From NCBI GenBank assembly GCA_017999435.1, contig JAGNLV010000001.1:391938-455937 (forward strand): a stretch of DNA of 64,000 bases. Direction: 5' to 3'. Below the pieces are notes generated by a model that did not search any database, was not told where the DNA came from, and saw only the letters and a program-made list of their open reading frames with translations. A program made the position numbers and the translations under genes. Below, in pieces: positions 27,073 through 35,100 of the stretch. This DNA is from Candidatus Zixiibacteriota bacterium (lineage in GTDB: Bacteria; Zixibacteria; MSB-5A5; GN15; FEB-12). Numbering within the stretch: position 1 is the first letter of the stretch; the number at the start of each line of letters is the position of its first letter.

Positions 27073-27831
27073 TTAGATTCCCTCTTTCTGCTTGAGAATC
27101 TGCATCACTTCAAAAGTCGCCTCGTCCGTCGTGTAGTTGAACGCGTCGACCTTGTTGACGAAGAAGTTGTAGAAGAAGATCCCGAGGATACCGGAGAGCA
27201 GCCCGCCGGCCGTGTTCACCAGGGCCTCGGAAATCCCCACCGCCAGCTGCTGCGCGTCGATCACGCCGCCCTCGACATTCCCCGTCGCGGCAAACGCCCG
27301 GATCATCCCGATCGTCGTCCCCAGCAGACCCACCATGGTCGCGATCGAGGCAATCGTCGACAGCGCGATCAGGTTACGCTCCATGAGCGGTCCCTCGAGG
27401 GCGTTGGCCTCTTCGATCGCCGACTGGGTGAGCTGGATGCGCTTCTCCGGCGTATACTCGGCGTTGCCCTTGATCTCGCGGTAGCGTTCGACGCCGGCGC
27501 GAAGCACGTTCGCGGTGGTGCCGCGCTGCTTGTCGCAGGCCGCCAGCGCACCGTCGAAATCGTCGTTCTGAATCAGGGTGACCAGCTTCTTGAAAAACAC
27601 CTGGACCGACCCGCGGCCCTTGGCCACCTTATAGAGCGAGAGGTAGCGCTCAATCACGAACACGATGAGCATGATGAAAATCATGATCAGGAGAACGACG
27701 AGCGGCCCGCCCTGGTAGATCGAGTGGACAATCGGCGTTTCCGATGTCCGGAACACCCCGTACCACAGCCCGAACCCGATGGCGAACGCTATGATAGCGT
27801 TGAGCGCGACGAAGATTGTCTGTTTAACCAC
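27073..27831 (-). CDS. exbB: MotA/TolQ/ExbB proton-channel protein
   Basis: Three TM helices and the conserved segment TMVGLLGTTIGMIRAF...GISEALVNTAGGLL. Confidence 0.88.
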   Translation of the reverse strand: MVKQTIFVALNAIIAFAIGFGLWYGVFRTSETPIVHSIYQGGPLVVLLIMIFIMLIVFVIERYLSLYKVAKGRGSVQVFFKKLVTLIQNDDFDGALAACDKQRGTTANVLRAGVERYREIKGNAEYTPEKRIQLTQSAIEEANALEGPLMERNLIALSTIASIATMVGLLGTTIGMIRAFAATGNVEGGVIDAQQLAVGISEALVNTAGGLLSGILGIFFYNFFVNKVDAFNYTTDEATFEVMQILKQKEGI

Positions 27832-27875
27832 TGAAATGGCCTCCGTTTCCTTTTATTGCACACTCACCAACCGAC

Positions 27876-28811
27876 TTATATTTCCGCACCCTTCGCCGCC
27901 GCCAGGATCGAGGCCGCCAGCGCGACGATCAATCCCCAGGACAGCACCCCCAGCAGCACGCCCGGCCCGTAGCTGTCGCCGAGACTGCTGTACTTCTGCG
28001 CCGCCAGACTCCCGTACTCCCCGCCGAAAAACGACAGGAACACGAGCAACCCGAAAATCGCCAGCAACGCCCAGTGGTAGCGCAGAATGCGCTTGAGCTG
28101 CAGCGCCTGTTCGTCCGCGGTTCCCTTCCCCGCCCACAGATTGTACAGCGTGTACACCGGCAGGGCGAGACAGAGGAGGATGAAAGCGATGATCAGCACA
28201 CCCGAGAGCATAAGCCCCAGCCCGGAGGAGAACACCACCGACCCGGCGCCGCCGATTTCCGCCAGCGCCCCGAGGCCGGACACGCGCGTGTACTCCCGGT
28301 GGACCTGCCTTCGGGCAATGAATCCGCTGATGACCTCCTCGGAGGGACTGACCTGCTCGCTTTGCACGCTGGACGGGGATGGCGCTCCGGGCGCCGCCGT
28401 CTCCCCGGCCGTCGTTCCGGCCGGCGCAGCGGCCGCCGGCGTGGCCGGCGCGTCCGACACCGTCAGCCCCCCCTCGGTGATCGCCTCGCGCGGCGCGGCC
28501 GCGGTATCGACCACTTCATTGTAGACCGCAAACCACGGAAAGAACAGAGCAATAATCATTACCGCACAGGCCAGGGTCAGCACGATCTTGTCGATCCACG
28601 TGACGCGCTCTTCGAACAGCTTGCACTCTTCCCGCGTCACCTGCCCCTTGCGGCGCTTCTCCCGAATCGCCTCCACGAGCTTTGTCCGTTCAGCCTCGCT
28701 TCCAAACAGATCCTTGGGCTTGCCCGGATAGACCTCAAAACCGATAAACTTGAACCGCTGGTCCTCTGATACTTGCCTGGGCGTGTCCTGTTGCTTCACC
28801 TTTTCAGCCAT
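27876..28811 (-). CDS. Polytopic membrane protein of unknown function, with an Ala/Pro/Thr-rich loop
   Basis: Co-oriented and tightly spaced with exbB. Several hydrophobic helices. No family recognised. Confidence 0.5.
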   Translation of the reverse strand: MAEKVKQQDTPRQVSEDQRFKFIGFEVYPGKPKDLFGSEAERTKLVEAIREKRRKGQVTREECKLFEERVTWIDKIVLTLACAVMIIALFFPWFAVYNEVVDTAAAPREAITEGGLTVSDAPATPAAAAPAGTTAGETAAPGAPSPSSVQSEQVSPSEEVISGFIARRQVHREYTRVSGLGALAEIGGAGSVVFSSGLGLMLSGVLIIAFILLCLALPVYTLYNLWAGKGTADEQALQLKRILRYHWALLAIFGLLVFLSFFGGEYGSLAAQKYSSLGDSYGPGVLLGVLSWGLIVALAASILAAAKGAEI

Positions 28812-28852
28812 TAACGCTCCTACCAGAAAGACGCCTTACACAATACACAGCC

Positions 28853-30826
28853 TTAGAATTCAAACTGAGTCTCGTCCCGGCCCTTCTTCGCCTCGGCGTT
28901 GTTCGGATCGCACTTGAGCACCTGGCCGTACCACTTGTTGGCCTGCTCGAAATCGCTCGTCCCGTCCTGCCTGGCGTCAAGCTTCGCCGCCGCCCGCAGG
29001 TGGTAGGCCTGGGCGATATACAGCATGGTGGTCACGTCCGCGCACGCCTTCTGGGCGCTGAAACACTGGTTGGCCCGCGTGAGATACTCGATCGCCTTGG
29101 TGTAGTCCTTCGTGCACACGCCCCCGAAGTATGCGTAGCCGAGCGACTTCAGCGCCTCGCAGCTCCCCGGATCCAGCTGCAGCACCCGCTGGTAATACTT
29201 CACCCCGTTCTCGCAGTCGCCGAGGTTGTACAGGTAGACGTAGGCCACCCGCTTGGCCACCGCCGTGTCGGCCGGCTGGTACTGCATGTACTGGAGCATG
29301 TACTCGGCCCCCCGCCGGTACATCACCGTCGGGTCGACCGGATCCGCCGGCGCCGTCCCCGGCTCCACAAATTCCTCCGCCCCGCCCGATTCGCCGCCCG
29401 CCTGCTCGGCCAGGTTGAGCGCGCAGAAACCGGCGTTCTTGTAGACCGCCGCATTGCTCGAGTCAATCCCGAGCGCAATCCGCTTGTCGTAGTAGGTCAT
29501 CGCCTGGTCATAACTGCCCAGGGTGTGGTACCCGACCGCCGTGTAGTACACGATTCGCGCCTGCGTCGAGTCCAGCGCCAGCGACCGCTTCCAGTACCCC
29601 AGCGCCGTCGTATAGTCGGCCGCCTTCTGCCCCTCGTCGGCGTGCTCCCGGTAGAACCAGCAGTCCCCGAGCATCTGGTAGAACTCCGCCTCGTTGACCG
29701 ACGACGTGTAGCCGTCCCCCTGCTCCTCCACCCAGGCGAGATGCTTGGTGAGGAAGTCCCCGCCCCTCACGTAGTCCTGCGCTCCCCAGAGCGCCCGGCC
29801 GTAGTAGTAGTAGATGTCCCGCGGCTCATAGGGGATGGCGAGCACCTTGTCGAAATAGACGATCGCCGAATCGAAGGCGTTGAGATTCAGGTAGGCCATG
29901 CCGAGTTCGAAATACGGCCGCACGTGGGCCGAGTCCGGCTGCGCCTGGCTGAGTTCAAAAAACCGCCGGTACGATCCGACCGTCTCTCGGAACCGCTCCA
30001 TCCGGTCGGCCCGGACGCGCGAGGAGAGCCCGGCTTTGAAATAGATCTCGCCCGCCCGGCGCCAGGCCGGGGCGTGCGTGCTGTCGGACTGCAGCACCGT
30101 CCGCAGCTTGTCCATGGCGCAGCTGTAATCGCGCAACTCCAGGCAAGCCTCCGCCCAGTGGTAGTACACCTCGGTCGAGGCCGTGTCCAGGGTCAAAGCT
30201 TTCTGGTAGTAGGTCACCGCCAGCGGCGCCACCCCCTGGTTGAAATACGCGTCGCCCAGATTGATCCAGTACGACGCATTGAGCGAATCTTTCACGGTCG
30301 CCTGCTGGAAGAGCTTGGTCGCCTCGAGATACTGCTTGCGCGCCATCGCCACCAGCCCGAGACCGTTGTCGAACATCTCCGGCCTGTCCTTGCCCGCTTT
30401 CTTGCGCCCCTCCTCGAAGGCCCGCTGGGCCTCGTCGAGGCGGTCCAGCGCGAGGTTCGTCAGCCCCAACTGGTACCACGACGCGATATGCCCCGTCTTG
30501 CGGTCGAGCGCCAACTGAAACTGCTCCAGCGCCTGCTCATACCGCTCCTGGTTGAAATAGATCATGCCCAGGATGTAGTAATTGTAGTGGTAGGCGTTGT
30601 CCAAGCCGATTTGCGCGCGAAGCTGCTCGATCGCCTTGGCCGTGTCGCCGGCGTTGAGCATCTGCTGAATCTCCGGCTTGAGCTCCTCGGCCGCCGCCGG
30701 ATTCCCCAGCGTGGCGAGCATCGCCACTACCAGCATCCAGACGCATGCGCGTGTGTAAATCGTTGCTTCCAAACCTTTTTCCCTCATTAACTTCCTAAAC
30801 AGATTCGAAAAATACGTGCAAATCAC
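28853..30826 (-). CDS. TPR-repeat protein (secreted or membrane-anchored)
   Basis: N-terminal hydrophobic segment followed by many TPR-like units (A..YY..G..Y....Y..A...F..AL..DP). The start could instead be the ATG at 30787. Confidence 0.75.
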   Translation of the reverse strand: MICTYFSNLFRKLMREKGLEATIYTRACVWMLVVAMLATLGNPAAAEELKPEIQQMLNAGDTAKAIEQLRAQIGLDNAYHYNYYILGMIYFNQERYEQALEQFQLALDRKTGHIASWYQLGLTNLALDRLDEAQRAFEEGRKKAGKDRPEMFDNGLGLVAMARKQYLEATKLFQQATVKDSLNASYWINLGDAYFNQGVAPLAVTYYQKALTLDTASTEVYYHWAEACLELRDYSCAMDKLRTVLQSDSTHAPAWRRAGEIYFKAGLSSRVRADRMERFRETVGSYRRFFELSQAQPDSAHVRPYFELGMAYLNLNAFDSAIVYFDKVLAIPYEPRDIYYYYGRALWGAQDYVRGGDFLTKHLAWVEEQGDGYTSSVNEAEFYQMLGDCWFYREHADEGQKAADYTTALGYWKRSLALDSTQARIVYYTAVGYHTLGSYDQAMTYYDKRIALGIDSSNAAVYKNAGFCALNLAEQAGGESGGAEEFVEPGTAPADPVDPTVMYRRGAEYMLQYMQYQPADTAVAKRVAYVYLYNLGDCENGVKYYQRVLQLDPGSCEALKSLGYAYFGGVCTKDYTKAIEYLTRANQCFSAQKACADVTTMLYIAQAYHLRAAAKLDARQDGTSDFEQANKWYGQVLKCDPNNAEAKKGRDETQFEF

Positions 30827-30848
30827 CCCTTGTCAAGCGAATATTTCC

Positions 30849-31061
30849 CTATGCGTCCATACCCGACCACACGGTCGGATTTCTCTCCATCACACTCACC
30901 ATCTGTCCGAGCGCGAGACCAAAATACAGAAACACCGCAAGCCCGATCGCCCCGCGCACAACCGCGCTGAGAAGCCAACCGAAACTCACTTCGAAACAGG
31001 TGGCCGCCAGAAGCAAGTTGATCGCCGTCACCATGTTCAGCATGCCTACCGTCCTTTCCAT
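30849..31061 (-). CDS. Small two-TM membrane protein (70 aa), hypothetical
   Basis: AAGGAGAG RBS lies 7 nt before the internal ATG at 31061. Two hydrophobic helices. Sits directly upstream of the TPR gene. Confidence 0.4.
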   Translation of the reverse strand: MERTVGMLNMVTAINLLLAATCFEVSFGWLLSAVVRGAIGLAVFLYFGLALGQMVSVMERNPTVWSGMDA

Positions 31062-31361
31062 CTCACACTCTCCTTTTCTACACCGCTGCCCGCTGTTTCT
31101 TCCAGGCCGAGGGGATGGTCCACAGAAGTTTCCTGGATTCGCATGTTCAACATCCATGCCCGGAGCGGCCCGGCGCCCGAAGTGAGCGGGAAGATATTAG
31201 GAGACAACAAGATGGACGAAATAGCAATTTGCCCGGCAGCCTACCCCGCGAAATGAACGCAACTTATGCGTCAGCCGATACCCGCCGCCCTGTCCCGCAA
31301 CAATCGCCAAGCCCCTACATCGCAACAACTTAAAACATCGCCCCGGCCGGAGCAGCCGTTC

Positions 31362-32528
31362 TCACCATACGTAGTTTATTCGTAGCCGGCCACTAGGCAG
31401 CCCGGTTACAAACACCATCCCGCGAAATGACTCCCGCCCGCCGGCCAAAGTCAGCGCCGGATAAAACTTGAGGTGCTCCGCCATTCGCCGCAGCGCGGCT
31501 GTCAGCTCCCGCGAATTCGTGTCAAACGCCTGCACGCTCACCCGTCCGCTGGGGTCGACAGCAAAAACCGCCCCGCTCGTGTCGCGGTCGCTGTACACGC
31601 GCGCCCCCGGTACATCGAGAGAGTCGCCGGTTGGAAGGCGCGGGACCGGCGGCGCCAGCAGCCCAACGGTATCGGGCATCAGCCGAACGCGCGTCCGCTC
31701 GAGAATCGGCGCCCCGGCGCTTGCCTCCGCTCGCCACACCTTCGTCGGATAGATGACCTGCGGGTAGTAGGCGGCCAGCACGAAACAGCGCCCCGCCCGG
31801 CGCTCCCCCCGCACGACGAGCGGGTCGTAGGTCGCCCAGAGGGCGGCGTTGAGTGTTGTCTGCGTGAACGAGGGAAGCGTCGAGCGCACCGCCTCGGCCG
31901 CCGTCACCCGGCCGGCGCTGTCGATCTCGAGCGCCAGGAGCACGTAGGGATAGACAGAGGCGGTATCCGACCAGTGGAGATCCGCAAACAGCGAGGGGAA
32001 CTCGACAATCCGCGGCGGGCGGATGCCGTTGAGGGGAAAGGTGTCGAAATACCGCCCGGCCTCGACCACCCGTCCCGTGTGATCGACCGCCGGCAGCGCC
32101 TCGGGCGCCGGCCGCATCGGCTCGAACAGGAAATCGACCGGCAGCCGCGACGCGGCCGCCTGACCCTCAAAATGTGCCGGCACAAACGGCAGCGCTGACA
32201 GGTACTCCGCGAGGTAGTTGGCGAATTGCCCCAGCGTGGAGTCGGCGGCCGCCGCCCCGGTCACCCGGCCGGACGCGTCGATCTCAAGCACCATCCGCAC
32301 CAGCCGCTTGTGCGTGAGAAACGGCTGATTCCGCTCCACGGCCACCGGCGGCAGCGGCGCCGCCGGATAGGCCGGCGCGAATCCGTACAGTTCCGCCCGG
32401 TCGGCCGCGCGGACGCCCGCGGCTGAGAGCACGCTCAAAACCACCAGCGCCGCCGCCCCGGCCGCGCGCAGCCCGCCCGTACCCGGTCTCGTTTGGGGGA
32501 ACGCGCTCACCCGATTCACTCCGCTCAC
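31362..32528 (-). CDS. Secreted protein built from three TonB-C-terminal-like modules
   Basis: Signal peptide, then three repeats: IDASGRVTGAAAADSTL..., IDSAGRVTAAEAVRSTL..., VDPSGRVSVQAFDTNS... Each is followed by a short conserved hydrophobic segment. Confidence 0.6.
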   Translation of the reverse strand: MSGVNRVSAFPQTRPGTGGLRAAGAAALVVLSVLSAAGVRAADRAELYGFAPAYPAAPLPPVAVERNQPFLTHKRLVRMVLEIDASGRVTGAAAADSTLGQFANYLAEYLSALPFVPAHFEGQAAASRLPVDFLFEPMRPAPEALPAVDHTGRVVEAGRYFDTFPLNGIRPPRIVEFPSLFADLHWSDTASVYPYVLLALEIDSAGRVTAAEAVRSTLPSFTQTTLNAALWATYDPLVVRGERRAGRCFVLAAYYPQVIYPTKVWRAEASAGAPILERTRVRLMPDTVGLLAPPVPRLPTGDSLDVPGARVYSDRDTSGAVFAVDPSGRVSVQAFDTNSRELTAALRRMAEHLKFYPALTLAGGRESFRGMVFVTGLPSGRLRINYVW

Positions 32529-32907
32529 CGGTCACTCCCTCAGCTCAGGGTTCTCGCCGCCTCAATTCACCTTTTACACGCATTAAGCGGCTGTCCGCTG
32601 CAAAAGACAACGCTTTTCTGCACCGCCGCCGGCGGCCTTTTCGGCCGCCTTCGCCGGCAGCAGTCCCCGAACGTTCCCGGCGCTGCCCCGACACGCCCCG
32701 CCCGCGCTGCCCGGCTCTGGCCCGGCCGGTGACGCGGCGGTGTTGTTCCACTTGATGCCCACGTCAATTTGGATTACCATGCGGGTGATTCTCACGCACC
32801 GCAAACGTCCGGCGACCGCACGGACCTTGGGGTGGTGGAATCGCTGACGGCAGAGAGGCCGGATTGAAGAGTGTCGTGGCGGCCTGGTTTTGCGAGAGGA
32901 GAAGGCT

Positions 32908-33306
32908 GTGAATAAAGTGGTGGTACGGTTCGCCGACGGTAGAGTAGTCAAAGGTACGACAGCCGATTTCGTCCCGACCAAGGATCTCTTTCATGTGAAC
33001 GTGATGACCGATCCCGTCGGGGCGAAGCCGATGGAAATTCACACGCGCGACCTGAAAGCGCTGTTTTTCGTGAAGGACTTCACCGGCGACGCGCGCCATG
33101 TCCACTCAAATGAATTCGACCCCTCGCGCCCCCCGGCCGGGCGCAAGATCCGGGTGGAGTTCAAGGACGGCGAGATCCTGGTGGGCACGACGGCGGGCTA
33201 TCAGCCCGGACGGCCGGGCTTCTTCCTCATGTCTGCGGATTCAGACTCAAACATGGAGCGCTGCTACGTAGTCACGGCGGCCACGAAAAAAGTCAGCTTC
33301 ATATAA
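32908..33306 (+). CDS. Small soluble protein with an internal duplication, unknown function
   Basis: GGAG-rich RBS lies 7 nt before the GTG at 32908. The two halves are VVVRFADGRVVKGTTADFVPTKDLFHV and IRVEFKDGEILVGTTAGYQPGRPGFFLM. Confidence 0.6.
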   Translation: MNKVVVRFADGRVVKGTTADFVPTKDLFHVNVMTDPVGAKPMEIHTRDLKALFFVKDFTGDARHVHSNEFDPSRPPAGRKIRVEFKDGEILVGTTAGYQPGRPGFFLMSADSDSNMERCYVVTAATKKVSFI

Positions 33307-33506
33307 AAAGCGACACTTGCAGCGCGCGGCCAGGCGGGCCGGCCTCATTCCGCCCGTGGCTCTCTGGCCGCCGACCCGGGACCGGCCGGGCCCGCCCCGA
33401 CCTCCCGGCGCCCGCCGGGAACCGTTCGGGCGCCCCCAACCGCCCCCGGTTCAAACTTGCGCCGGCCGGCCGAATCTCCGACACTCCCGTTCAAGGAACA
33501 TACCCC

Positions 33507-35006
33507 ATGGCCGCATTACGTCGACAGCTCATCCGCAACGCCTTCTCCTCGTGGTTCGCCTACCTCGTGCGCATCGCCGTGACCTTCCTCTTCGTCCCCT
33601 ACATCGCGGCGGTTCTCGGCGGGAGCCGCTACGGCGTCTGGGTGATCATCTTTCAGACGATCTTCTACTTCTCGCTGCTCGATGCCGGCCTGACCTCGGC
33701 GCTGACCCGCTACGTCTCCAAATTCCTCGCCGCGCGCGATTTCGAGCGCATCAACCGCCTCCTCAACACCGCCAACCTGCTGTACTTCTTCGTCGGCGCC
33801 CTCGTCTTCCTCGGCATCTTCGGATTCGTCGAGCTGTTCTTCGACTACTTCCGCATCTCCGACCCGGAGACGGTCGCGGAGGGGAAGACGGCGCTGCTGA
33901 TTCTCGGGGCCTTCCTCGCCTTCAACTTCATCGCCCTTCCCTTCGGCAACACGCTGGGGGCGTTTCAGCGCTACGACCTGGCGAACGCGCTGGCGGTCGG
34001 CGAGGAGGTGGTCCGGACGCTCATGATGGTGTATCTGCTCAGCCGGGGGTACGGCTTGGTGGCGCTCGCGCTGGCGATTCTCGTCATGACCGTCGTGCGC
34101 CACCTCCTCGGCGCGGGGCTGCTTTTGCAGCGCTACCCCGAGCTCGACATCGGCCGCCGCTTCGTGGAGAAACCGAGCGCGCGGCTGCTCTTCGGCTACT
34201 CGAAGATCTCGTTCGGCATCTCCCTGTGCTGGCTCATCCTCTTCAACACCGACGCTTTCCTGCTCGGGCTGATCGGGTCGGCCGCCCTGGCCGGGGTCTA
34301 CCACCCGGGCGCCCAGCTCATGCGCTACCTGCGCAACCTCATCAACGCCGCCGCCCTTCCGCTCATCCCGGCGGTCTCGCACAAGGACGCGGAGGGGGAT
34401 TTCGGCCCGGTGCGCGACCTCTACCGCAAATCGGTGCGCTATGTGTCATACGTGTCGTTCGCCCTCGCCGCCGCGGTGGTCGTCTACGCCCGCCCCTTTG
34501 TCGATCTCTGGCTGCCGCCGGAATTCGCCGAGGCCGCCGGCGTCATGCAGGTGCTCGTGGTCGGGGCCGCCTTCCTCCTGCCCCAGATTGTCGGCCACGC
34601 CATCCTCTTCGGCATCGAGCGCCACGGCCGCCTGCTGGTGGTCCTGATAATCGAAGCGGCGTTGAAACTCGGCCTGTCGATCTACCTCATCCCGCGCTAC
34701 GGCCTGGTCGGCATGGCGGCGGCGGTCGCCGGGCCGCAGGTGCTCGTGTACACGACGCTGAGCCCGCTGTTCGTGGGCCGCGAGCTGGGCATCTCGTACG
34801 TCCGCACCATGGGCCTCACGCTGGCCTCGGCTCTCGCCGCGGTCGCGATCGCCGGGCCGGCCGCCTGGCTCGCCCGCTGGGCGATTGAGCCCCTGAGCTG
34901 GACACAGTTCTTCGTCGGCCTCGGCGTCGTCGGGATCTGCGCGCTGGCCGGGGCCTGGCTGATCGCCGAGCGGGAGGACCGCGAGCAGGTGCGCGCCTGG
35001 CTGTAG
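33507..35006 (+). CDS. Polysaccharide/oligosaccharide flippase (Wzx/MurJ-like MOP superfamily)
   Basis: About 14 predicted TM helices. The N-terminus (LIRNAFSSWFAYLVRIAVTFLFVPYI...LG...YGVW) is typical of this family. Confidence 0.75.
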   Translation: MAALRRQLIRNAFSSWFAYLVRIAVTFLFVPYIAAVLGGSRYGVWVIIFQTIFYFSLLDAGLTSALTRYVSKFLAARDFERINRLLNTANLLYFFVGALVFLGIFGFVELFFDYFRISDPETVAEGKTALLILGAFLAFNFIALPFGNTLGAFQRYDLANALAVGEEVVRTLMMVYLLSRGYGLVALALAILVMTVVRHLLGAGLLLQRYPELDIGRRFVEKPSARLLFGYSKISFGISLCWLILFNTDAFLLGLIGSAALAGVYHPGAQLMRYLRNLINAAALPLIPAVSHKDAEGDFGPVRDLYRKSVRYVSYVSFALAAAVVVYARPFVDLWLPPEFAEAAGVMQVLVVGAAFLLPQIVGHAILFGIERHGRLLVVLIIEAALKLGLSIYLIPRYGLVGMAAAVAGPQVLVYTTLSPLFVGRELGISYVRTMGLTLASALAAVAIAGPAAWLARWAIEPLSWTQFFVGLGVVGICALAGAWLIAEREDREQVRAWL

Positions 35007-35034
35007 CGGCCGGCGCCAGCTTCGCCGGGAGCCG

Positions 35035-35073
35035 AAAAAAAGCGCGGCCGCCGCTCCCGCCGGAGCCGCGGCC
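35035..35073 (-). terminator. Intrinsic terminator after the E1 dehydrogenase gene
   Basis: 12-bp stem with one mismatch (GGCCGCCGCTCC/GGAGCCGCGGCC) and a 4-nt loop. On the minus strand it is followed by a run of seven T. Confidence 0.7.
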
Positions 35074-35100
35074 TCGCTCTCATCGCCGGCGCCCTCGCGC

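Noticed and set aside
32529-32907. c-di-GMP or other known riboswitch in the long leader before the small duplicated-domain gene.
   Set aside because: I found only loose resemblance (a CGCAAAC segment). I could not trace the paired helices or conserved loops of GEMM or any other class I know, so an Infernal scan is needed before making a claim.
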